Source: Ruminococcaceae bacterium UBA6353
GTDB taxonomy: Bacteria > Bacillota > Clostridia > Oscillospirales > Acutalibacteraceae
Assembly: GCA_002437905.1 (NCBI GenBank)
Contig: DJRT01000014.1
Span: forward strand, 55,917 to 119,916
Length of the DNA stretch: 64,000 nt
Direction: 5' to 3'
The translations under genes and the position numbers were made by a program. The notes under the pieces are model-generated. The model searched no databases and had not been told where the DNA came from. It was given only the letters and a program-made list of their open reading frames with translations. Of this stretch, positions 17,921-27,411 are shown piece after piece (the stretch's first letter is position 1; every line of letters starts with the position of its first letter).

Positions 17921-19177
17921 ATGACAAAACAGGGGCGCGGCCGTGCAGCCGGCTGTGTAATGGGAAAAATGCTGTGGTGGCTGCTGGCGGCGGCGTGTCT
18001 GTGCCTGCTCGGCGCGGTCGGCTACCTGCAGCAGACGCTGCCGGATCGCTATACCATCACCCGCGGCAGTGCACTGGTGATCAGCCGGCTGGTGGAAAGC
18101 CGGCCGGTGGCCGGCGGCCACACGGTGGCACTGGTGGGGCGCCAGAGCGGCGAGGAAAGCTATGTGACCAGCCTGCGCCTGCTGGGAGCCGTGCCGATCA
18201 AGCAGGCGACGGTCACGGTGGTGGATGCCCCGGTGGTGACCGTCTGCGGCACTCCCTTTGGCATTAAGCTGTATACCGACGGGGTGCTGATCGTCGGCAT
18301 GGATGATGTGCGCACGGCGGCCGGCAAGGTGAACCCGGCCGCGGCGGCCGGCATCCGCGTGGGGGATACCATCGTCTCTATCGACGGCCGCGCAGTGACG
18401 ACGAATGAGCAGGTGGCGGCCGCCATCAACGCGGCCGGCGGGCACAGTGTGACCATGCTCATCCGGCGGGAGGGGATCACCTTTTCCGCCGCCTTCACCC
18501 CGGCGCGGGCGGCCGAGGGGGAGGGCTACAAGGCCGGCCTATGGGTGCGGGACAGCACCGCCGGCATCGGCATGCTGACCTTCTATGAGCCGGAGAGCCG
18601 GGCGTTTGGCGGGCTGGGGCATGCCGTCAGCGATGCCGATACCGGCGAGACGCTGAGCGTGGGCAGCGGCGAGGTGGTGCCGGCGCGCATATTCGGTGTG
18701 GAAAAAGGGGAAGAGGGCACGCCGGGCGAGCTGTGCGGCAGCTTTGAGCCGGGGACGCTGGGACGCCTGCAGGTGAATGCAGCGGACGGCCTGTACGGCT
18801 GTCTGACCCACCTGCCGGCGGGCGGTGTGAGCATGCCGGTGGCAATGAAGCAGGAGGTGCAGACCGGAGCGGTGCAGATCCTGACGACGGTCAGCGGCAC
18901 CACGCCGGAGCTGTACGATGCCGAGATCGTGCAGGTGCGCTACCATGCCTCGGCGGCCACCCGGCACCTGGTGCTGCGGGTGACCGACAGCCGCCTGCTG
19001 GCGCTGACCGGCGGCATTGTGCAGGGGATGTCCGGCAGCCCGATCATCCAGAACGGCAAGCTGGTGGGGGCGGTGACCCATGTGCTGGTGGACGACCCGA
19101 CCGCCGGGTACGGCATATTTGCCGAGACCATGCTGGAGGAGGCGGAGCAGGCGGCACAGACGGCGCCGGCCGCCTGA
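17921..19177 (+). CDS. spoIVB: SpoIVB peptidase (stage IV sporulation signalling serine protease, S55)
   Basis: N-terminal TM segment, PDZ-like segment (GDTIVSIDGRAVTTNEQV), and S55 motifs GGLGHAV and GMSGSPIIQNGKLVGAVTHV. The start is uncertain: the ATG at 17921 follows GGGAGAGG, and the ORF opens at 17891. Confidence 0.88.
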   Translation: MTKQGRGRAAGCVMGKMLWWLLAAACLCLLGAVGYLQQTLPDRYTITRGSALVISRLVESRPVAGGHTVALVGRQSGEESYVTSLRLLGAVPIKQATVTVVDAPVVTVCGTPFGIKLYTDGVLIVGMDDVRTAAGKVNPAAAAGIRVGDTIVSIDGRAVTTNEQVAAAINAAGGHSVTMLIRREGITFSAAFTPARAAEGEGYKAGLWVRDSTAGIGMLTFYEPESRAFGGLGHAVSDADTGETLSVGSGEVVPARIFGVEKGEEGTPGELCGSFEPGTLGRLQVNAADGLYGCLTHLPAGGVSMPVAMKQEVQTGAVQILTTVSGTTPELYDAEIVQVRYHASAATRHLVLRVTDSRLLALTGGIVQGMSGSPIIQNGKLVGAVTHVLVDDPTAGYGIFAETMLEEAEQAAQTAPAA

Positions 19178-19259
19178 CCGGCGGCAGCAAAAATGGCCGC
19201 CGCGCACCGAGAGCCGATGCGGGGCGGCCATTGTGTCAGCCCGAAGGCGGCTGTGCTAT

Positions 19260-19299
19260 AAAAAATCGGGCGCACCCCCTGCACGGTGGAGGTGCGCCC
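19260..19299 (-). terminator. Terminator of GH78-like paralogue 2
   Basis: GGGCGCACC ... GGTGCGCCC hairpin 22 nt past the stop at 19321, followed on the minus strand by GATTTTTT. Confidence 0.65.
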
Positions 19300-19320
19300 G
19301 CCGGTATATCTTGCGGAAGC

Positions 19321-20823
19321 TTATTCGGCCTTGTTGTGATATTTGCGCAGCCAGTACGAGGGCGTGCAGCTCCAGGCGTGGCAGGCGCTGTTCAGGGCCG
19401 GCTGCCCATAGGGCGACAGCCGCTCATTGCGCGGGTCGAAGCATTCCGGGCAGCAATCAAAGCCGGCATCGGCAATGGCGCCCCAATAGGTGCGGATGCA
19501 CTGCAGCGCCTTTTCCGACAGGCCGCAGGTGTACAGCGCCTCCAGATAGTAGTGCATCATGAACGGGGAGGAGCAGCGGATGGACGGGTCGGCCGCCTCG
19601 GTGCGCTCCAGCAGCTTTTGTCCTTCCTCCGGGCTGAGGGCGCCGGAAAGCGCTGCCCAGATCTGCGACTGCCAGGAGACCTCGCCCTGGGCGGTCATAA
19701 ACAGCCCGGTTTCGGCATCGTAATAGTGCAGCAGCGCCTGCTCCACCTCCGCCAGCAGCGAGGTCAGGCAGTTATAGGTGCGGCGCAGGCACTTGGCCAG
19801 CTCGATCATCTGCCGCAGGATGTAGGCCAGATACCCCAGCCCGGCCACGGCGCGGTCGTAGTTGCCGTGGTCGATAAACAGCGGCGCGCGCAGCTGCTGC
19901 GTTTTGCGGTCAAAAACCGTGTCCGCATACCGGATCTGGTGCAGCGCCACATCGTACAGCTCGTTGGCCAGCGTCAGATCGCCGCTGTACTGCACATAAT
20001 CGTACAGGCACGGGACCATGCACAGCGAATAGTCCAGGTAGATCCACTGATCCACATAGGGGCTGGTATCCGGGAAGACGCACGGGGCGATCAGGCCGCT
20101 TTTGTTGCGGTGGTCGGCAAAAAGGTGCAGGCAGCGGCGGATCAGCGCCGTATTGTGGAAGGTGACCGAGTCCACCAGCGCCTGCAGCCGCAGATCGCCG
20201 ATCCACAGCCGCCGGTCACGCTTGGGGCCGTCCTCGAACACATCCTGCTCGCATTCCTTCAGCGTTTTTACGCACATGGTGTCAATGCGCTGCAGCTGCT
20301 CATCGGGGGCGGTGTACGGGTCGGCGTCCTCCAGCCGCACGGCGGAAACGCTGTCCACATACAGGTCGGTCAGGGCCACCGGGAAGCGGAAGGTGCCGGG
20401 ACGCTCCAGCTTGAGGTACCGGAAGGAATACCGCCGCTCCAGGCTGCCGGTATAGGGCACGAAGGGCACGGTCTTGAAATCCAGCTGCGCCCATGTGGCG
20501 GAAAGGCAATTGGGCTGATCCTCGATCGACTCCATCAGCTCGATCGGCATCTCGGCAAAGGAAAAGCTGAAATTGGTCGGGGAATCCGGAATGTGGTCTG
20601 CGCTGCCGCAATCCAGCGACAGGTGCAGATAGCCGGTATAGTGGTCGCCGAAATCCAGGATGATCGGCTCCTTTTCCAGTATCAGCGGGAAAGTGACATC
20701 CCGCAGCCGGTGTATCGCATAGCCCTGAAAGCTGCGTCTGTCGGCTGTGACCTCCACGAGGGCTGCCGGCCGGACAGCCGTGTGCTGCAGCTCCCGCTTG
20801 CGTCGGTCATGCTTGCTTCTCAT
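19321..20823 (-). CDS. (alpha/alpha)6 six-hairpin glycoside hydrolase-like protein, GH78-related, paralogue 2
   Basis: 500 aa. Shares FEDGPKRDRRLWIGDLRLQAL, LNSACHAWS.TP.Y and the overall order of segments with 7005..8450. Confidence 0.6.
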   Translation of the reverse strand: MRSKHDRRKRELQHTAVRPAALVEVTADRRSFQGYAIHRLRDVTFPLILEKEPIILDFGDHYTGYLHLSLDCGSADHIPDSPTNFSFSFAEMPIELMESIEDQPNCLSATWAQLDFKTVPFVPYTGSLERRYSFRYLKLERPGTFRFPVALTDLYVDSVSAVRLEDADPYTAPDEQLQRIDTMCVKTLKECEQDVFEDGPKRDRRLWIGDLRLQALVDSVTFHNTALIRRCLHLFADHRNKSGLIAPCVFPDTSPYVDQWIYLDYSLCMVPCLYDYVQYSGDLTLANELYDVALHQIRYADTVFDRKTQQLRAPLFIDHGNYDRAVAGLGYLAYILRQMIELAKCLRRTYNCLTSLLAEVEQALLHYYDAETGLFMTAQGEVSWQSQIWAALSGALSPEEGQKLLERTEAADPSIRCSSPFMMHYYLEALYTCGLSEKALQCIRTYWGAIADAGFDCCPECFDPRNERLSPYGQPALNSACHAWSCTPSYWLRKYHNKAE

Positions 20824-21205
20824 TGTGGTATATCATTCCTTCCTGTTTGTGTGCGGCCGATCATCGGCTTATAGTAACATACTTGATATAATACCATATC
20901 AGCGATTGCTTTGGCTATGAGGATATTGCTGAATATGTGTGGTTTCTTTACCCTTTTTGGCCTTAGTTTGCCGAAAGCGTCGATTTTTCTATGGCGCCGA
21001 TGGCGTTTGTTGGCAATATATTGAAAAAAGCGCCGGAAAAATTGGCTATTTTCATTCTTTCCGGCAGAATGGCCGTTTTCGGCACTTTTCGGCGGGAAAC
21101 GGGAAAGTATCCATAGTATAGCATGAAGCTGAAGAAAAAAGAATGGAGAGTTTCGCTTTTTCTTTGTACTTTTCATTCATTATACGGTAAATTTCTTTCA
21201 AGCGA

Positions 21206-21235
21206 TTGACAGATATTTTTTGTCAATGCTACAAT
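21206..21235 (+). promoter_or_regulatory. Promoter of the AraC regulator, with an overlapping 6-bp inverted repeat
   Basis: TTGACA (21206-21211), 18-nt spacer, TGcTACAAT (21227-21235). TTGACA and TGTCAA (21221-21226) form a perfect inverted repeat across the spacer. Confidence 0.55.
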
Positions 21236-21299
21236 ATTACTGGTTTTACGCCGAAAAAATTGGACGAATTAACCATTCTGTGAGCAGGGAGGCAGCCGG

Positions 21300-22076
21300 A
21301 TGGAGATTGTCAAGAAGATTGTCTTCGGTGATTCGGACGACAAACCGGTCGCCTGGGGACCCGGTGTGCGCAGCGAGCACATTATCCATTATGTCACCAA
21401 GGGGCGAGGCCGGATCTATTGCAACGGCCGGGAATATACCGTCACCGCCGGGGAGAGCTTTGTGGTGCAGCCGTACCGGATGATCCGGTATGTGCCGGAC
21501 ACCGACGACCCGTGGGGATACGCCTGGTGCATCATTGATGCCCAATCGGTGGAGATGATGATGGAGCAGCTGGTGTTTAAGCAGGACGATGTTACGATCG
21601 GCTATGTGGAGCCTGCCAAGATCGTGCCGCTGTACCGGATGCTGGACGAGGTGGGCAATTTCCCGGAGGCGGCCATGACCCGGTACGGATTGGCGCACGC
21701 CATTGTGGGGGTGTACCTGGATGCCTACCCGCAGCACCGGCTGACCGCCTCGGAGGCGCTGTATGAGCGGGCGGTGCAGATCGTTGAAAGAAAATTCCAT
21801 TCGGACAAGTATTCGGTGGCCGATATTGCCGCGGATCTGAACATCAGCGGCGCCACCCTATACCGCCTTTTTGTGACAAAAAGCGGCCTGTCGCCGAACA
21901 CCTATCTGCAGAGCTACCGCATCCAGCAGGCACAGAAAATGCTGAAGGCCGGCCTGACGATCAAGGAAACCGCGCTTTCCTGCGGGTTTTCCGACCAGTT
22001 CTACTTTTCCAAGGCGTTCAAAAAGATTGCCGGGCTGACGCCGACCGAGTACAAGCAGCGCGAAGCACGCCGGTAA
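21300..22076 (+). CDS. AraC family transcriptional regulator (cupin sensor + HTH)
   Basis: N-terminal cupin-like segment (HYVTKGRGRIYCNGREYTVTAGESFVV) and C-terminal AraC HTH (SPNTYLQSYRIQQAQKMLKAGLTIKETALSCGFSDQFYFSKAFKK). RBS AGGGAGG. Confidence 0.9.
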   Translation: MEIVKKIVFGDSDDKPVAWGPGVRSEHIIHYVTKGRGRIYCNGREYTVTAGESFVVQPYRMIRYVPDTDDPWGYAWCIIDAQSVEMMMEQLVFKQDDVTIGYVEPAKIVPLYRMLDEVGNFPEAAMTRYGLAHAIVGVYLDAYPQHRLTASEALYERAVQIVERKFHSDKYSVADIAADLNISGATLYRLFVTKSGLSPNTYLQSYRIQQAQKMLKAGLTIKETALSCGFSDQFYFSKAFKKIAGLTPTEYKQREARR

Positions 22077-22093
22077 TATAAGGTAATATATCC

Positions 22094-22151
22094 AATAGTT
22101 GTGTGGTACAAATGGCAGGGTGTTCCATTTGTGCTATACAACTATTTTTTT
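22094..22151 (+). terminator. Terminator after the AraC gene
   Basis: Long imperfect hairpin AATAGTTGT..ACAAATGG...CCATTTGT..ACAACTATT followed by TTTTTT. Confidence 0.65.
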
Positions 22152-22267
22152 CGCACGGCCAAGAATGATTTTGACATATCATTGAAGAAAATGTCCATGG
22201 CAAAGAACCGGGGGGTACGATAAAATTTGAATAGTGAAGTATTGACGACATAAGGAGGACGCCCACA

Positions 22268-23593
22268 GTGAGAAAGAAAATTGCCTGTCTGGCTATCGCA
22301 CTTTCCATGATCTTTGTCGCTTCCTGCGGAAATTCCGGGAAGCAGGACACGACTTCCGGCAATAAAACAACCAATCCGACAACCACGACCACTGCGCCCG
22401 AGCAGATCGGAACGACCACCGCACCCAGCGGTACCACCACCGCCGGCCGCAAGGATGGCACCACCACCTCGCAGCGGCTTGTCCGCGTGACGGTGACCAG
22501 CCAGGTGGCGGAGAGCGACCCCACCCGCCGCTCCGACCGGGACAGCAATGCCGGTGAGGATGCCGGCAACCGCGTATCGCAGGATCCGGTCAACCGGGAC
22601 GACGCGCCGCCGCTGACCGAATGGAAGCAGGGCACGCTGGGCTCGTACAAGCTGGTGTGGAACGACGAATTCGACAAGGACGGCATCGACTATAACAAGT
22701 GGTGCTACGGCTCGGAGAACCCGGACACCTACGACAACATGCTGCTGCTGACCGAGGATGAGGACCCCAGCATCATCACGGCTGAGGACGGCCTGCTGAA
22801 GATGAATGCCCGCCGCTATGTCAGCAAGACAAATTCGAAGATCGAATACGCGACCAACAAATCCTTCAGCACCCGCGAGACGATGAACTTCCGCTACGGC
22901 TATGTGGAGATGCGCGCCATGGTGCCGATGCGCGCCGGCAGCTTCTCCGCCTTCTGGGCGATCGGTAAGCCGGGCTTGGTCTCCAAGCTGCCGAACGGCT
23001 ACTACACCGAGATCGACTTCTTTGAGGAATTCGGCAGTGACTACGAGCTGGTGCCGAACTTCCACAAGTGGTACGACGATTACAGCCACAGCAACTTTGA
23101 TCTGAGCTGGTCGAAGAAGCAGGGCAATACCGGTATCGGCAAAACGCAGTACGGCATCTACCGTTTCAAGGATATCCGCACGCTGCCGTATGAATTCCAT
23201 CTGTACGGTGTGGAGTGGACCAAGGAATACATCAAGACCTATGTGGACGGCGAGTGCTACTGCACCTTTGATGTCAACTATGCCTACGATAAGGATTGGG
23301 ACTACGGCCCCAATGTAAATGCCACCCAGCCGCTCAGCCCCCAGAAGAAGGATATGAGTGGTTACCACGATTACATCTACCTGCTGCTGCAGAACCTGAT
23401 CTATGCCAATGCGGACAGCGGCGTGGGAGAGAACGGCAGCGTGATCACGCAGCACATCATTGATGAAAACACGATCTTCCCGTTCCAGTACTGGGTGGAT
23501 TATGTGCGGCTGTATCAGGATCCCACCAACCCCGACAACGGCCTGTACTATCTCAACGAGAATGGACAGAAGGTCAACTACTACAACAACTAA
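22268..23593 (+). CDS. Glycoside hydrolase family 16 lipoprotein (endo-beta-glycanase)
   Basis: GTG start after AAGGAGG. Lipobox LSMIFVASC. A Thr-rich linker (TTTTTAPEQIGTTTAPSGTTTAG) precedes the catalytic domain. GH16 catalytic motif EIDFFE (ExDxxE) and concanavalin-like Trp/Tyr pattern. Confidence 0.85.
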   Translation: MRKKIACLAIALSMIFVASCGNSGKQDTTSGNKTTNPTTTTTAPEQIGTTTAPSGTTTAGRKDGTTTSQRLVRVTVTSQVAESDPTRRSDRDSNAGEDAGNRVSQDPVNRDDAPPLTEWKQGTLGSYKLVWNDEFDKDGIDYNKWCYGSENPDTYDNMLLLTEDEDPSIITAEDGLLKMNARRYVSKTNSKIEYATNKSFSTRETMNFRYGYVEMRAMVPMRAGSFSAFWAIGKPGLVSKLPNGYYTEIDFFEEFGSDYELVPNFHKWYDDYSHSNFDLSWSKKQGNTGIGKTQYGIYRFKDIRTLPYEFHLYGVEWTKEYIKTYVDGECYCTFDVNYAYDKDWDYGPNVNATQPLSPQKKDMSGYHDYIYLLLQNLIYANADSGVGENGSVITQHIIDENTIFPFQYWVDYVRLYQDPTNPDNGLYYLNENGQKVNYYNN

Positions 23594-23614
23594 CAGCGGA
23601 AAGGGTTACAGAGA

Positions 23615-26503
23615 ATGAAGCTTGTCAGGAGATTATGTGCGGCCGCAGCCTGCATGGCGGTGACCTTTGGCGCCGTTGGCGCCGCGCTGCCGCCGGCGGC
23701 AGCGGAGACCCTGCCGGCTGCGGCGGCGGATACCGTCACAGCGGCAGCGGATGGCTATGCGGTGTACGCGGCGGCGCTGACGGATTGCCCGGACGCGGCG
23801 CAGGCGATCACGCTGGCCGGCGGCGCTTACATACAGGCAACGGACGGACTGCAGCGCAGCGCCGACTATGAAACGGCACCGGACGCCGTGCTGCTGCCGC
23901 AGGGCACCGGCACCCTGACATATGAGCTGGAGGTGCCGCAGACAGCGCTGTACGCGCTCAGCCTGCGGTACGCCTCGCTGGAGGGCAATGGCCTGGATAT
24001 CCGCGTGGGCCTGCGCATTGACGGGGAGTACCCGTTCAGCGAGGCAGCGGAGCTGAGCTTTCCGCGCATGTGGCATAATGAGAGCGAGACCTGGAAGCAG
24101 GACAAGGACGGCAACGACCTGACCCCGGAGCAGACGGAATACCGCGATATGGTGGATCAGCCGGCGCGGGACAGCCTGGGCGTGGAGGTGGAGCCGTATG
24201 TTTTCCGGCTGACCGCCGGCCGCCACACCATCACGGTGGAGGGCGGCGGCGAGGCCTTTGCCCTGGGACAGCTGCGTTTCCTGCCGCCGGAGCGGCCGGC
24301 CGCCTATACGGCGCCGACGGATCTGACGGACGCGCAGGGGGTGCAGCCCATCCTGCTGCAGGGCGAGTCCGCGACCTATAAGTCCTCCTCGGCCATGGTG
24401 CCGAAAGGGGATAATACCGACGCAGCAATGACCCCGGCCAGCGCGGAGAATGTGCGCCTGAACTATATCGGCGGCTCCTCCTGGGCGAAGCCGAATGCCT
24501 CGGCCACCTGGAGCTTCCGCGTGGAGCAGGCCGGCTACTATAAGCTGGCTTTCCGCTTCAAGCAGGATCAGATCATCAATGCCAAGACCTACCGCCGCCT
24601 GAAGATCGACGGGGTGACCCCCTTTGCCGAGGCGGCGTGCATCGCCTTTCCGTATGCCACCAAATGGCAGGCGCAGGTGCTGACCAATGCCGCCGGCGAG
24701 GAGTGCCTGGTGTGGCTGGATGCGGGCGACCATACCGTCACGATGGAGTCCACCCTGGGCGCCGCGGCGGCGGTCTACGGCAAGCTGCAGACCATTGTGC
24801 AGAGCCTTGGCGACACCTACACCTCCGTGGTGATGGTGACCGGGGAATCCCCCGACGCCGGCCGCGATTATGAGCTTTTTCGCTCCATCCCGGGCTTTGA
24901 GGACACGCTGCGCACCAATATGGAGGCGCTGGATGCCCTGGTGCAGGAGCTGCAGACGCTCTCCGGTAAGAAGAGCACGCAGGCCATTGCCTCCATGCAG
25001 AATATGCGCCGGGTGCTGCGCCTAATGCTGGAGCGCCCCTATATCGCGCACCAGTACCTTTCGGATTATTATTCCAACTACTGCTCCGTCAGCGCATGGA
25101 TGAACGATATGTCCTCCATGCCGCTGGCGCTGGATGAGCTGCGTATCGTGTACCACTCGCAGGAGGCGGAGATGCAATCGGTCGGGGTGCTTGACCGGCT
25201 GCTGTTTTCCCTGCGGCGGTTCATCAATTCCTTCCGCCAGAATGACGGCAGCCAGGCCACGGCGAAGAGCGACACCAAGCTGCGCCTGTGGGTGAACTGG
25301 GGCCGCGATCAGACGCGTGCCCTGAGCAGCCTGATCCAGGACTCCTTCACGGCCGGCACCGGCATTGAGGTGGATGTGCAGATGGTCAACGCCACGCTGG
25401 TGCAGGGTATCATGTCCGGCAATGCGCCGGATCTGGCGCTGCAGATGTCGCGTGCGGAGCCGGTAAACCTCGGTATCCGCAATGCTCTGATGGATCTGAA
25501 GAGCTTTCCGGACTATGAGGAGGTGCTGCAGCGCTTCCAGCCGGGCGCCGAGGTGCCCTACTGCTACAACGGCCGCTGTTATGCCCTGCCGGATACCCAG
25601 AGCTACATGGTCATGTTCTACCGCACGGATATCCTGGAGAAGCTGGAGCTGGAGGTGCCGAACACCTGGGAGGACTTTATCCGTGCCTCCACGGTGATCC
25701 AGCGGCACAATATGCAGGTGTACCTGCCGTATACCCGCATCACCTCCGGCACCACGGTCAATGCCGGTATCGGCAGCCTGAACCTCTATCCGACGCTGAT
25801 GCTGCAGAACAAGCTGCCGCTGTATAACGATGAGCAGACGGCGACGGTGATCGGCAGCGAGCAGTCGGTCTCGGTGTTCGACAGCTGGACGCGGATGTAC
25901 ACCGATTATCAATTCTTGAAAGAGGCGGATTTCTACAACCGCTTCCGTACCGGCTCCATGCCCCTGGGCATTGCCGGCTATACCACCTGCCTGACGCTTT
26001 CGCAAACGGCGGCCGAGATCGATGGCCGCTGGGCAATGGCGCCGGTGCCGGCGGCGGACGGGGAGCACCACACCGTGGCCGGCAGCGGCACCGGCTGTGC
26101 GATCCTCTCCACCACCGACAAGGCGGAGCAGGCATGGGAATTCCTGAAATGGTGGACGAGTGCCGAGACCCAGGAGCGGTATTCCAAGAATGTGGAGTCC
26201 GTGCTGGGAACCGTCGGCCGTGTGGCGACCTCCAATGTGGAGGCATTCAAGAAGCTTTCCTGGAGTGCGACGGAGCGCGAGCAGCTGCTGGCGCAGTGGT
26301 CGCAGGTGCAGGAGATCCCGGAGATCCCCGGCAGCTATTATCTTTCCCGTGCGCTGGATCAGGCGTACTGGGAAGTCCTTAACGGCGTATCCAACAGCAT
26401 GGACGCCGTAAACAAGTGGAGCGATATCGCCAATGAGGAGATCTCGCGCAAGGTGCAGGAGTATGAGTACCTGGAGGAGGGCAGACGCAATGCCAAGAAT
26501 TAA
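23615..26503 (+). CDS. Extracellular solute-binding protein (ABC sugar importer 1) with two N-terminal CBM-like beta-sandwich domains
   Basis: 962 aa with a signal peptide (AVGAALPPAAAE). The first 400 aa or so contain two related modules (see findings). The C-terminal 520 aa or so look like a family-1 sugar-binding protein. It overlaps the first permease gene by 14 nt. Confidence 0.8.
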   Translation: MKLVRRLCAAAACMAVTFGAVGAALPPAAAETLPAAAADTVTAAADGYAVYAAALTDCPDAAQAITLAGGAYIQATDGLQRSADYETAPDAVLLPQGTGTLTYELEVPQTALYALSLRYASLEGNGLDIRVGLRIDGEYPFSEAAELSFPRMWHNESETWKQDKDGNDLTPEQTEYRDMVDQPARDSLGVEVEPYVFRLTAGRHTITVEGGGEAFALGQLRFLPPERPAAYTAPTDLTDAQGVQPILLQGESATYKSSSAMVPKGDNTDAAMTPASAENVRLNYIGGSSWAKPNASATWSFRVEQAGYYKLAFRFKQDQIINAKTYRRLKIDGVTPFAEAACIAFPYATKWQAQVLTNAAGEECLVWLDAGDHTVTMESTLGAAAAVYGKLQTIVQSLGDTYTSVVMVTGESPDAGRDYELFRSIPGFEDTLRTNMEALDALVQELQTLSGKKSTQAIASMQNMRRVLRLMLERPYIAHQYLSDYYSNYCSVSAWMNDMSSMPLALDELRIVYHSQEAEMQSVGVLDRLLFSLRRFINSFRQNDGSQATAKSDTKLRLWVNWGRDQTRALSSLIQDSFTAGTGIEVDVQMVNATLVQGIMSGNAPDLALQMSRAEPVNLGIRNALMDLKSFPDYEEVLQRFQPGAEVPYCYNGRCYALPDTQSYMVMFYRTDILEKLELEVPNTWEDFIRASTVIQRHNMQVYLPYTRITSGTTVNAGIGSLNLYPTLMLQNKLPLYNDEQTATVIGSEQSVSVFDSWTRMYTDYQFLKEADFYNRFRTGSMPLGIAGYTTCLTLSQTAAEIDGRWAMAPVPAADGEHHTVAGSGTGCAILSTTDKAEQAWEFLKWWTSAETQERYSKNVESVLGTVGRVATSNVEAFKKLSWSATEREQLLAQWSQVQEIPEIPGSYYLSRALDQAYWEVLNGVSNSMDAVNKWSDIANEEISRKVQEYEYLEEGRRNAKN

Positions 26504-27401
26504 GCGACCCGGCAGCACGCGGGCGCTGCTGCGCGAGCAGTGGCCGATGCTGGTGATGATGCTGCCCTTTTTCCTGTTGTTCACGGTGATGACGGTCATC
26601 CCCATCATCTGCTCGCTGGTGCTCAGCCTGACCTCGTATGATACGCTCAACCCGACCTATTTTGTCGGCATTGACAACTATCTGCGGCTGTTTGTCAGCG
26701 ACGCCTCCTTTCTGGTGGTGCTGAAAAACACGCTGGTGATCGTGCTGCTGACCGGGCCGGTGGGCTTCCTGCTGGCATTCCTGCTGGCGTGGCTGGTCAA
26801 TGAGTTTTCCCCGATGATGCGCACGCTGCTGTCCTTCATGTTCTATGCCCCGTCGCTGGCCGGCAATGCCTTCTTCGTGTGGAAGATCCTGTTCAGCGGC
26901 GACAGCTATGGCTACCTGAACAGCTTCCTGTTGAACCTGGGCATGATCACGGAGCCGGTGACCTGGCTGAGCGATGCCCGGTACCTGATGCCGATCATCG
27001 TGCTGGTGCAGCTGTGGCAGTGCATGGGTATTTCGTTCCTGTCCAATATTGCCGGTCTGCAGAATGTCAACCGCGACCTGTATGAGGCCGGCGCGATTGA
27101 CGGTGTGCGCAACCGCTGGCAGGAGCTGTGGTACATCACGCTGCCCTCCATGCAGCACATGATCCTGTTCAGCGTGGTTATGCAGATCCAGAGCAGCTTT
27201 TCGGTCAGCGCGATCACGACCGAGCTGGCCGGCTATCCCAGTGTGGGGCAGTCGGTGGATACCATTGTGTCCCACATGATCGATGTGGGCACGGTGCGGT
27301 ATGAGATGGGATACGCCTCAGCAGTGGCTGTGGTGTTGTTTTTACTGATGGCAGGGACGCGGATCATCCTCGGCAAATTCCTGCAGATGATCGGAAGGTG
27401 A
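26490..27401 (+). CDS. Carbohydrate ABC transporter permease (MalF/UgpA-like), importer 1
   Basis: Six predicted TM helices and the EAA loop LYEAGAIDGVRNRWQELWYITLP. ATG at 26490 lies inside the end of the binding-protein gene. Confidence 0.88.
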   Translation: MPRIKRPGSTRALLREQWPMLVMMLPFFLLFTVMTVIPIICSLVLSLTSYDTLNPTYFVGIDNYLRLFVSDASFLVVLKNTLVIVLLTGPVGFLLAFLLAWLVNEFSPMMRTLLSFMFYAPSLAGNAFFVWKILFSGDSYGYLNSFLLNLGMITEPVTWLSDARYLMPIIVLVQLWQCMGISFLSNIAGLQNVNRDLYEAGAIDGVRNRWQELWYITLPSMQHMILFSVVMQIQSSFSVSAITTELAGYPSVGQSVDTIVSHMIDVGTVRYEMGYASAVAVVLFLLMAGTRIILGKFLQMIGR

Positions 27402-27411
27402 CGGACGCGAC

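Noticed and set aside
20820-21176. 118-aa ORF in the AT-rich spacer upstream of the AraC gene
   Set aside because: There is no RBS. Its start overlaps the start codon of the GH78-like gene on the same strand. The Lys/Arg/Phe-rich composition reflects AT-rich non-coding DNA, so I treated it as regulatory spacer.
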